Positions 25,261 through 36,364 of a DNA stretch of 51,622 nt are shown piece by piece. The translations under genes were made by a program, and so were the position numbers. Under the pieces are notes generated by a model, which did no database searches, had not been told where the DNA came from, and worked only from the letters and a program-made list of their open reading frames with translations. The DNA comes from Xylographa opegraphella (taxonomy: Eukaryota). The DNA lies in assembly GCA_022813865.1 (NCBI GenBank), contig JALDZX010000012.1, positions 434,001 through 485,622 of the forward strand. The letters run 5' to 3'. Numbering within the stretch: position 1 is the first letter of the stretch; the number at the start of each line of letters is the position of its first letter.

Positions 25261-27173
25261 ATGTCTGTTTTCCACTATACGTCGATCAGGATCCCAAGTC
25301 CTTACGCGGAAGACACCGACCACCCGCAGGGTTTTATCTTAATCAGATTTCTTAAGGGGATTGCCGTTACCCTTGTATACTCTCTGGATGACCAAAAGTT
25401 TTTCATACACAAGGTAATTAGAAACAATGTTTACGCCCCAGACGAGCCTGCAGAAATACGCTTTTCCAACCTTGCCACCGATTCTCCATTTCAAGTGCTT
25501 CCCTTCCTTCCCGTCGTGGTTGAATCAGCAAATTTAGAAGAGGACTATAGTGCCTATGGACTAATACTAGAAGCTTATAATGGCGGGACTCAGGACAACC
25601 TGGTAGAAAAATTCGAAGAGAAGAATATGCCTGTGTAGGTACACCGTTGATTTCCAATCCACATTTGTTTTGATACGTGTCATAACACCAGATGTATTCC
25701 TAGCGTCATTCTGGACATCGGTCACATCTGTACATGTGCTTCTCGGTATTTTTACTGAGGCGCAAAGAGCTTACCAGTGGTCGATAAATTACGGGGGTAG
25801 CGCTAACTTGTCTTCTAAGTAGGCCAGAGTCCTATGTTTGGCATTTTATCGAACAAATGGCCCGTGCTTACGCATACCTCCATTTTGGTCATATTAATGG
25901 GAAGAAGTCAGGGTCTGGAGAATGGACGGCCATTGTGCATCGAGATGGCGCTGCCAATAACATATTCCTGCACTTTCCAGACCCTCGCAAGAAGCCAAGA
26001 AGATCCGACAAATTTATAGACGCATTCCCGAAATTGGTTCTTGGGGACCTGGGTATAGCTAACCGGGTCACTGACAGCGAGGAGTAGTCGACCGGTGGCT
26101 GTTTCGATCAGGCAGGAATTCATCCGTGGGAAGATGTGGTGCTCTTCGGGGAAGCAGTAAGGCACATGTTATATACCTCCACCGAGTACCTCAACGCAGG
26201 GGACATCAATCTGTACCCTCGTCTTAGAAACGCAGGTTTAGAGAACATCTATTCGGAGGACCTGATAGCTGCTTTAGAGCCCTTTGAGCCATCTGAGGGT
26301 CCGCACTGCTGGGATAATGATAATGCCGTTACCTTACCAGATATGCGTCATGTGGCCGAAGTTCTTCTGCCCCAAGCAATTCAAAAAGTGCAAGAATACA
26401 AAAATGCAGGTGGTTACGAGCCGGTTCGGTGGGTTCAGCCGCAACCAACGACGGTGATGCCGTTTTTTGTACGGCCAGATGATGTCAAGGGTCTTCGACA
26501 GCTTTACAACCTCGACCATGGGGGCACATGGTTTCCCAAATTTGACGCGGTTGATTTCCGATCCTATACGACAGCAGGCGTCGAACTGGTGAAATTGGAG
26601 GAACCGAACTATCCGGCGTGTCTGAAGCAAGATTTCAACCTCGAGTTACCAGGAGTGGCTTTTGATCAGCAGGATGACCTTTGGGAAACGGCATTCCATA
26701 CTAGCGAACTACTGAAGGCTTCCATTGGGCTGGCCCAGGAAAGGGAAGCGGAAAACGGCGTGGAGGATCCGGAGGTTCAAAAAGACATCGGGTTGCTGAA
26801 GGCCGCGAGGAGGGTAATACGACCTGTCTTTCATGAGGGAAGCTCCTCCAGCTCTTCCTCGGCCGGTGCCAAGAGCGGAACTTCCACTGCTGATTCCCCT
26901 GCAGCCGAGACTCCCGTGGCCAAGAATACCAACGCACAAGAAGGCGCGCGCAGGCCCAAGACCAGATCCAGAAGCCGCTCCAAGGGTGTCAAATCCGAGG
27001 CGAGTCCCAAAAGTGTCAAACCCGAGGCGAAACCCGTCCCCGCAGACCAGGAGATAAGGACGAAGCGAACAAGATCGGTCAGCGTGGAATCCAACCGGGA
27101 TGCGAAGAGGCAAAAGGGCGAGCCTCGGCTGAGGGAGACTATAACGACCACGACCGTACGGGAGAGGTATTAA
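25261..27173 (+). pseudogene. Divergent Ser/Thr kinase-like gene with one in-frame TAG (26085-26087); pseudogene or recoded gene
   Basis: Exon 1 25261-25634 (FIHK, EPAEIRF, LEAYNGG); intron 25635-25822; then VPESYVWHFIEQMARAYAYLHFG..IVHRDGAANNIFL..LVLGDLG..DSEE*STGGCF..PWEDVVLFG. The same frame continues to TAA at 27173. Confidence 0.75.
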
Positions 27174-27629
27174 TGTAGAGGCATGAGGTCTGAGGCGGGA
27201 GGGCATGGGACTGCTATGGCACTGGAGGTTGTCTTGTAAAGCCATTAAGGGTGCGGTCAATACTCGACTACCTTAGAGAGGTCTGGCGCTGCATTACCTA
27301 CCGTCTTTTTACATAAATGCGGCGTTCGAACGTATATTGCGGCGCTGCGGCTCATGTAAAAGATTCTGCGAACCCAAGCAAATGATAGGTAGGAGTGTTG
27401 GATAAGGTCTTTAGGCGAGTGAAGTAAATCCATAATATAGATGTCTCGAGACCCGCAAAACCGTTCCCGCGATGAAGAGGCAGGCTTAACACGCATGCTT
27501 CGATACTCTACACAAGTTTACATTCCAACGCACAGTCCACAAAGGCGCTCTCAACACACTGTGACGTCGTGACACAGCCAAACATTCACCAACACAGCTC
27601 CCCCACTGACCTCTCCACTGCCACCGACA

Positions 27630-28629
27630 TCAATATATCCACGGCAACAGCCGATACGGCACCTGCTTCCTCACCGCCATCCATTGCTCGCCGTACTGCA
27701 CGCACAAAAGTCAGCTCTCTATTCTCTGCACCCAGCAAGCAACCCCTTTCGACGCGGAACAACAGATTGGACTCACCCGCCCCTGACAATACTTATCCAT
27801 CAGCGGAATAGCCCGGAAGCAGAAGTCGCCCGCCAGCCACGCCGCCATTACGGCCCCCCACGGCAGCCCCGCGCAGACGACCGCGTAGCCGGTGCGCCAG
27901 AGTGTGTAGCCGCCATAGTTACTAGCAGGAGGGATCGATGTTAGCGTACTCGCTCTCAAACGGAACGAGGGGATAGATCGAGTATGCTGCAAGCTGCGCG
28001 GAGTGCAGGCAACCTATAGCTTTTTGGCTCTTGCTGCTTTCGTAACTGGAGACCGCTCGAGGAGAGACGTACATATTCGTTGCGAGGCCGAACAACCCCC
28101 CACTGAACGGCCGGTCCCGATTGCCGGGCGCCTCCTTGAACGCTCGCCGCTGGACCTCGGACACGGTCTCGAGATAGATGCCCAGCGCATACAGCAGGAC
28201 GCCCACAGGCAGAGTGCCACGCCACAGAGTCCCAGGCGCATTAGACGTGGTGCCCCACACGGACAGCAGCAGATTGAGCGTATTCAGCAGAGTGTTGTAG
28301 GCGGAGATAACAGCGGCGAAGCCAGCCTCGAACACGTTGTCGGAGATGCACAGCGTCCAGTAGATCTGCTTGGCGGCGCTGCCGATGGAGAGGCCCCAGA
28401 TGAGGAGCTGGTACGGGGAGAGGCCGAGAGCGAGGGGCGCGGACGGAGGGATGGCCGTGCCGCTGAGGCGTTGCACGAGGCGCCCGCCGGCATTGCTGCG
28501 CAGGAGGTAGTACTGCAGGACAACATCGAGGCTGCGGAGGAGGGTGAAGGTGACTTTGCCCGCGGGGGAGGAGCCTTTGCGCCGGGTTTTGAGGAACCAG
28601 TCTTGCTCGGCCTCGGGCTTGGCGGACAT
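27630..28629 (-). CDS. DUF1295 / steroid 5-alpha-reductase C-terminal-like membrane protein
   Basis: 3 exons, several TM helices. Motifs ETVSEVQRRAFK..N..PFSGGLFGLATN|NYGGYTLWR..IPLMDKYCQGR|YGEQWMAVRKQVPYRLLPWIY*. Confidence 0.82.
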
Positions 28630-29109
28630 GCTGGGGAAGGGGGGCGCGGTGAGACTGTCCTGATCTGACAAGGAAGACGAAGTTATGGAGGTGTTGCTCG
28701 AATATATATTGAAATCAATGCCGAGAGCACACCGAGTGAGGCTAGTTCCGGAGTTCCGCTTACTCGCGGTTCCGGTAGGGCTCCGCTTTCTTATCTGGAC
28801 GCCAAGCCTGCGGTTAAGATTGTTAACGAAACGAACAGCCCCTACGGAGTACCGGAAGTCCTAATACCCCTCAGCGAGCTTTCAGGCTTCTAAAAACTGA
28901 CCTATGTCGACTCGAAGCTTAATCTGAGCTGCCAAGATAGGTACTTGGGGTGAACCATTGAGATGTTCCACATTTCTGAGTCTGCGGGGTGGAACTCCAT
29001 AATGGGAGCGGAAAAATATGATTCTTCCGCATTGACAATGGCAGTTGATAGGATTCTGGGGAGGAAGACATTGAAATGGAAAAAAAGAATGGATACAAGA
29101 CGGGAATAG

Positions 29110-29182
29110 AGCCCGATGCGGGGGTCGAACCCGCAGCCTCAAGATTAAGAGTCTTGCGCTCTACCGATTGAGCTAACCGGGC
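29110..29182 (-). tRNA. tRNA-Lys(CTT): tRNA-Lys (anticodon CTT), intronless
   Basis: GCCCGGTTAGCTCAATCGGTAGAGCGCAAGACTCTTAATCTTGAGGCTGCGGGTTCGACCCCCGCATCGGGCT folds as a full cloverleaf with A and B boxes; T7 terminator ~25 nt downstream. Confidence 0.97.
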
Positions 29183-29849
29183 GAGTATGTTGTGATTAAC
29201 AATGAAGAACGGATCCCGATTTGTTTATATAAATCTATTTTTTTTGTCCTTGGAGAATTCTGGGACCGACTACTTTGGTCACATTACCCGCAAGATCAAT
29301 TACCATCACGACTTTCAAGCAAAGCAGGTTCATATATAAAACGGCCCTTTATCGCCGGTATCTCCCTACGATAAAAGAACTGCGTCAGTCGGCAGACTGT
29401 TACGGTTTAGGAAGCAGCCCCTATGCTGTACGGCGTAGCTCTTTCGAAAAGGGCTGCGGAATATGGAATGCTAGGATACTGCGTCCGCAACTCAATCAAC
29501 TCCCGTCAAATATGACTGCGGCTCAGGCTCGTTGGGCCACCGCACGTCTAAGTGCTGCCTCCAGGAAAGTGTTGCTTGGTAGGGTTGAGATCATCATGGG
29601 CATAGGAACATTATCGACTCTTTCGCCACAATCAATAGTAAAACAATAGTTCCCTCAGAGAACGTCGATGCCGCTGCGACATGTGACCCTGCGCTTCCCA
29701 TTGATGAAAACATCTCTCGCAATTTATCTAGGTAGCAAGGACAGCCCACTATCCACCTCTCATTCGTCTCCGCAAACACAAAATAAGTCGAACTCCACTG
29801 GCTACCACGCCCAGATTACCTCAACATGAGCTGATTGAACTTTCACTGT

Positions 29850-30620
29850 ATCTCACAACAGCAAGATCCCACTCGCCACATACTCACTAGACATCGGCAC
29901 CCCTCTCCCTTGACCACCCTCGCTACCCTCCGCACGCCAATCTTTGCTCCACGGCTCTCATCTCCGTAACCGCCCCGTATCCAACCCTGGATTCGCTCCA
30001 ACCATCTTAAACCCCTCATTACCAAGTTTCTCCGCATACTGCCCAATCAGCATATCCAATACCGCCATACTGAAACGATGGTCATTCGCCCAGGCCCTTG
30101 TAATATTTACTCGTCGGTCTGCGGCGTAGCTGATGAACCCGGTACTTGAAGGCATGAAAAGCAAACGTGATGCCTTCGATCTGCATAGAAAGGAGGAGAA
30201 AGGCATCGGTGGCGCACAGAGTACTGACACAGTCTACTGCGAGGATCGTTCGATAAGCTCCTCAAGGGCTCTTATTTCCACCGATGATGCCGGCGCTGTA
30301 GACGTGGAGGGTTTGGAGGCCGAGTTGTCCAAATGTTATCGGGCTGCGGTATGGACGGGAGTGTCGTCTCTGACGTCGATTTGGATGTTGTTCACGGCTC
30401 CGCTGATGGACAAACTGCCAGGTCTGAAACGCCCTGCGAACCTTCGCAGTAATTCTGACCGTCGATCAGGACATGGTGACCAAACGGGCACGAGAGCAAG
30501 CTGGGCAAAGGTAAAGCAGAGTCCGGTCAATTAGTATGAATAGCTATGCGTTTAGATGGAATTAGCTAGATGCGATTGGGAGGAGATGATCAGAAGAGAA
30601 GTTGGCGATAGTTTCACAGA
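29850..30620 (-). pseudogene. Decayed short-chain dehydrogenase/reductase (SDR) pseudogene
   Basis: Fragments appear in SDR order across shifted frames and stops: HHVLIDG, GAVNNIQIDVRDDTPVHTAA*, FGQL..YSAGII, RLLFMPSSTGFIS, AVLDMLIGQYAEKLGNEGFKMVGANPG, IGVRRVARVVKGE. Boundaries are approximate. Confidence 0.62.
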
Positions 30621-31137
30621 AAGTCCCGGATAATACTGTAATTGAGGTTTGTCCCGAAGCTGCGGCTCGGAGGTACGCGTATTGGCACTCGTGTCAGAGA
30701 TCAACCCGTCTCACTGGTGAGGGCATGGTAGAACAAAGATCAGGTGTGTGGGTGGCGACTGGCTTGCAGCGAAATAGCAAGGCGCATCGGGAGAAAAACT
30801 TTGAGTGGCTGAACAAGATTGCAGTATGACCTGGCCTTGCAATTCGGATAACCACATCGCCAAATGACAAGCTGAACAAGATGTGCATAGTATCCCGCGC
30901 CACTGAAAGACGAAATATAAGTACAGTGTGATATTTGAGGATGTCTTACAGCGGATCTCATATTCTCAACCGCTTCTCTTGCCGACCTCCAACGTAGATT
31001 CTAAGGGTAAACTACGGCTACAAATCGCTTCAGAAACATCCAATGTGCAAAAAAATGATAATAATTCTCATCCCGGAAATCATTCTCAATGCTTCGGCCA
31101 CGCGAAGTACCTCTGGCGTCGGGTTTTACTCAGAAAG

Positions 31138-31893
31138 TTAACCCTCTCTGCCGTCCTGCCAGCTGGTACAGTTCACACAACGTTTTGCCTGAGAAACTTG
31201 ATCAGTAGTTTGCCTTGCGATCAAAACCCATAAGATAGCTTACACTCGCACTGATCCTCTTTCGACAGTACTTGCATTTCACCTGTTTCTTGATGATTGC
31301 GTCGTTGGATACCCATCCATAAAATTGTGCTACTGTATAGAGCGCAATGCCGAGACCTAAGAACCTGAGTACAGTGTCTAGGAACGAGCTACCAGATCGT
31401 CAACAATCCCTCTGCTAGCTCCGTGGGAAAGATAAATTGGATATGGATGAAATACCCATAAGCCAAAACCACAGCTCCGTCTTCGAGTGCCTGTTTCAGT
31501 GTATTGTATCCCGACCCTTTTGTATAATGAGGTCCTCGTCTGAGGACAGCAAATTTTTCTTCAAGGTTCTTATTGATAACAGGGATAAGGGAGAAGGGCG
31601 GAAGAAGAATATCGGAGATAAACGAGGTGACTACAGTCGTGAATGCTGCAGCAAGTCTGTAGCCTTGTCAACGCACATAATTCTTGTAACACGTAAGGTA
31701 TCCGGCAGGGAGACATATATTGCGACGAGAAAATGTTCCGCAATAAGGAAACATACATTAACCCGACTGCGACCTCGAGAACATTATCGCGCAAGGCAAA
31801 GTCAGAGAATCCACTCCAGGCACTCTTAGCACGTTCTTTAGCGTCGTGCCCAGCATCAAGCAGAGCTTGCTCACTATCTTCAAGACGAGGCAT
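31138..31893 (-). CDS. Fungal MscL-family (large-conductance mechanosensitive channel-like) protein with C-terminal CxxC..CxxC ribbon
   Basis: FSDFALRDNVLEVAVGL|LAAAFTTVVTSFISDILLPP matches the MscL TM1 signature; then VLAYG|SFLD.. and KCKYCRKRI..KRCVNCTSWQDGREG*; 3 introns. Confidence 0.88.
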
Positions 31894-32553
31894 ATTCGAG
31901 TGTGTAGTATGTTAGTGATCAAGCTTTATGCCAGAAGGACAAGTTCTTAGAGAAGAGTCGCGTTGTTGCCTATCGACGGCTCCTTCCAACGTCATTTAGT
32001 AAACATGCGCCTCAAACCAGTTTCAGGCCAAGAAAATTCGATGCACGTGTCCAACCATTTCAGCGCATTGGGAATTGATTATTATCAAACAGCTGCCGTC
32101 CTTGTCTGAAAAGCAGCGGAGAGGGACAATGTGAGTCCATGAATGTTCACAGTTCGGGCGGACGTGTCCGAGTGTGCAATCGGCAGTGTGCTGCCCGATG
32201 ATGTATGGATTTTCGAAGCAAGTTACGGAACTCGAAGCTACTAGGATCGGTAAAGCCTTACTGAGAGGACCTCATGATAAACCCCAGTCATTTGGAAGTG
32301 TCAGATCAGAACCCATCGCCACAGGTTCTTGGACCCGTTATGGAGGCTCTACACAGTAGACTCTGTTTGCCATTTTAAAGTAAATCTACCACACTACGTC
32401 ATGGTGAGGATCGTGTGCTTCATGTGACACGCCCAGCCACAGCTAGCCACTTCAGGACCTCACCCTATCACTTGTTAACTTACTCCGCGTATCATCACTT
32501 CATAACAGCCTTTACAGCTCCCCACCGACAAAAGAACTATAGTATCGGCAACG

Positions 32554-33164
32554 ATGAAGCTCACCACCTGCTTCGTATCACTTGTGTTGTCCTCTCTCGC
32601 CACTGCCAGCATCTTCGGTGGGCAGACGATACTAGATGACCCCGAGCTCTCAGTTCCAGGCGACAACCCCCTCACCTTCTGCAAAGCGACCACCGACGAC
32701 AAGCTCGTGATAGAATATGTTGATCTGATCCCTAATCCCCCAGAAGCGTAAGATGCATTTTTGCCGTATATGAATACATGCTAACAAACAGTTCAGCGGC
32801 AAAGTCCTGAAAATCGAAGCGGCTGGTAACTTTACAGAAGAAATTGAAGAGGGCGCCTATGTTCTGCTCAGCGTGAAGTACAACCGACTTATAACGCTGT
32901 TCAGTTCAAAGGAAAATCTATGCGACCAGATGAAGAATGTAGACAAGGAATGCCCCTTGGAGAAGGGCAAGATTAGTATCATCAAGGAAGTGGAGCTGCC
33001 GACACGGATACCTCCTGTAAGCCTTGCAACTAACAAAATACCTGTTCTCTTTAGCTAACATAGTGTATTCACAGGGAACCTATGATGTGCTAGCTGATGC
33101 TTATGACAACAAGGACCAGAAGCTTACGTGTCTGACCGCGAAAGTGACCTTCAAGGCCTCGTGA
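32554..33164 (+). CDS. NPC2: Phosphatidylglycerol/phosphatidylinositol transfer protein (ML domain)
   Basis: Signal peptide, VPGDNPLTFC, VDLIPNPP|A, NLCDQM..ECPLEKG, IPP|GTYDVLADAY..LTCLTAKVTF; 2 introns. Confidence 0.93.
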
Positions 33165-33805
33165 ATATGTTTAGAAGAATCATCGGCATTATAGAGCAAA
33201 GGTTTCGCGAACGCATCGGGGATGTGAAATGGAGAACTTAATGTGAAACCAAATCTGTCCGTCAGCTGCCAGTTGTCGTGTGCAGTTGTACAGAATGCGC
33301 CCGCTAGGGGGAAGTAATGGTTATCTCTATAGTCAAATGTACATAGTTTGTACCTTTTGCTATGATTGGAGAGTGTTCCCCAGTCAGGATGTTTAACGCT
33401 CTTGAATCGACCTGACAGTCTCGTGCAGCTACTTCACAGGATGACAAAGCCATTAACACGTGCACTACAAGGGCATGAAACCTGATGAATAATGGATATA
33501 CAGATTTGTTACGGCGATCATGTCCATTTTGTCCATCTTTAATCTATTAGAAGTGGTTGTAATGCTACCATCAATGCTACCATCAAAACATATAGCGGGT
33601 TAGTTGTCCGAAGGCAGTTGTCGTGGGCATTTGCCGGTTGGGTGGATGTGTAATCACACAACCTATCACCTCGAAACGACAATGTCCCAAGGTTTAAACG
33701 GAAACATAGCAGAGCTGGTTTGTTGCACTCCAAAGTCACCCTCTGAAGGCCAGTCACCAACGAACAATATGGTGCCTTCCGGAGGCAGCTTTCATACCTC
33801 GACGT

Positions 33806-34371
33806 CTATTCCCCGAATAATCTTCTCACCCTCCTAAGCACACTATCCTTCTCTGGATCATATGGATGATCTTTGCTTGGTATTTCCAGTACTGCCGGGA
33901 ATGCGTCCGTATAAGTGTCCATTCGTCCCCGGATCTTTTCCGCGATCTGTAGCAAGGAGACGATATTAGCTCTACCACATCTGTATACAATTGCTGCCGG
34001 TTTTACATGGGCATGAAAGAGCAACTAACGTGTTGATTGATAAATAAAATGGCAATGTCTTTCCGATGATGCGTAAAGTTCTCAAAGGCTTGTTCGATTG
34101 TTGATGTCTCCGTTTTCGCGTCCACGACTAGGAAGTTCTTCTGGGCTTCCGGAGGGGCGGTAACGTGCTGGGTGGAACCATCAGCTAAAGTTGTGGAATC
34201 AGTCGGATTTCAATGGGGCTATACCCCAATTCCCGCTAGCAGTAGGCCGGTCACTGAGTCCTGCGGCTTGTGGTAAGTAAGGGTGTCAGATGAGTACGCA
34301 CGGCAGAATACCTCGTCGCCTATGACGGCCAGAAAGTGCCTATCTTTGTAGGCTGAAGGCGGTGCAGCCAT
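33806..34371 (-). CDS. VMA7: V-type ATPase subunit F
   Basis: Spliced protein [89 protein letters not shown]. Confidence 0.96.
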
Positions 34372-34633
34372 GTTTGCAGCTGGCTTGTATGCGTGATGGT
34401 GGTTGACTGCATTAAGACTTGACGTGCATGCCCGAGCTTACCTTAACCTAAACCACATCCCTGCCTAAAATCTGGAGCTTGGACCATTTGGACGTTTCCG
34501 TAAACATTGACATAATGGACGGCGCACTAGGTAACTCTTGCGATACAACCAGCGCTTCAAAAGATTCAAAGATGGCTCCCGATGCGCCAGTATCGACGCG
34601 CCCTGATCAGATCTTCCGCGAATAGCAATCAAA

Positions 34634-36047
34634 ATGCCATCTCACCGACTAATTCGTCGGCAACCTCTAGCAGACCGTATTAAAGCCTATTTGGATCCCT
34701 TGGATTTTTTATTATGGTTGTCTGAACAATTTGATTCGGACGACTGGGACCAATGGCAGAGGGACTGGTCCATGTTTATTGGACTTGCGATGAATTTGGT
34801 TATGCTCATTGCAAGAGCTAATAGCGGAACTCAAACAGGTGGAGAAGTAGACGATGTTTTTGGAGAGGAGTATACAGAAACAGGATGGCTGAATTGGTTT
34901 GTGCGTGAGAACGGAGCTCTGTAGGCCTCGACGATATCTAATATGGTTACAGTGTACTATTGTCGTCCATATCCTCTCACTGCTCTCAATCATGAACGCT
35001 ACGTACACTTTCTACCGTAAACGGCACTACCGACTGTTTGAGAGCTCGATTGAGGATAAGCCGAGCACACCTTCAGCTCATCGAGTGCGCGTCGACTCAT
35101 CACCAGTATCATCCTCTCCACTTCGATTTCTGACACAAATGCTTGGCCCTTCTGCAGCTGAAGCAAGGGCTCACCCGGACGCTTCAAGAGATGTATGGGA
35201 AATATCAGTTTGGGATCCTATCCCAATATGTCAAACCCTATTTTGCCTTTTCAGTCCAGGCCACATAGTTGTTTACTGGTTGTTTCTCCCGGTTTTGCCT
35301 CAAGATCCTCGACCAAGTACAACTGTAGTGACAACAATAGCCTTGATTGCTCTCCTCTCTAGCCAGCTTTCTATTCTTCAGAAAAATTTCTCGCAGCAAG
35401 CAAAAGACTCAACCGTGATTCATAAGGAGGTACTGAGCGAGTACGACGTCAAGTACGTTCAACCACTGGCTAAACCACTGGTACGCGATGTCGGAACACA
35501 GTTTTCGAGCTCTCACAATTCCTCAAAAGATCACTCGCCCCTTGAAAGCAGAGCTAACTCTGTCGATACCTACATTCCCACTTTCGTGGTTAATAGAGGC
35601 TACAAAACTCGACCGAATCCCAACTACGCCGATCACTACAATCCTGATGGTGCCCGTTTGAGAGCAATTACACCTTCGAGAAGCCTCCCAAATGGTGTTC
35701 TTCCCTCCTATCAAACGCCGGTTCATTTACGAGATGTTTCATCACCCATACAACCAAGAACAGCCATACGACAACCTCAAGCGAGGAAGACTGTCGACGC
35801 AGGAACAGGCGGCGGCGGCGGAAGCCTCGGCGTGTATTCACACGCACAATCACCCTTGAAGAAAGCTACATCCATGCACTTTTCAGGTCGGCGAGGAGAG
35901 AAGGAGCGAAGTTCCAGCCCGTTCAAGAGGGAGGGTAGTCCCTTGAAGAGAACAAGTGTACCAGGAGGATCGACTAGTACAGCTCCCAATCTGCATTGGC
36001 CCCAACTAAACGATACATCTACGCGACGTGAAAGTGGCCGGTTCTGA
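34634..36047 (+). CDS. NUR1: Nuclear rim protein 1 / Mug154 (DUF2418)
   Basis: RLIRRQPLADRIKAYLDPLDFLLWLSE; intron 34901-34952; RKRHYRLFE, VWEISVWDP, FCLFSPGH and KEVLSEYD. Confidence 0.85.
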
Positions 36048-36364
36048 TGGAAGCACAATAATCTAGATTCATATATTCCGATGATAAAAAATAACTTGTC
36101 TAACTTTGTGCCATGCCCGGAAAAGTGTGTCGAGCCTGTCTCACCTTATTTTATGCTGGTGCCTGTTTCCGGCTCATGTGAGCCGCCCTTTCCCTGGGTA
36201 ATGATAATAGCACGCCAGTCCGTCAATTTCGGAGCTAAGCTTATCAATTACCTTTTTCTTTCTTCAGACTGTTGAATATTTTTTTGGCGCTCGTTACGTG
36301 ACCTTTATTGCCAGAGCAACGCAGATTATTCCACATTCCTTACAATCATTCTTTAAAGATTGAC

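Noticed and set aside
28003..28668. 221-aa plus-strand ORF
   Set aside because: Antisense shadow of the GC-rich DUF1295-like gene; no recognisable motifs.
30133..30534. 133-aa plus-strand ORF
   Set aside because: Antisense to the SDR relic.
33561..33586. 12-bp tandem duplication AATGCTACCATC
   Set aside because: Ordinary slippage duplication in a convergent 3' intergenic region.
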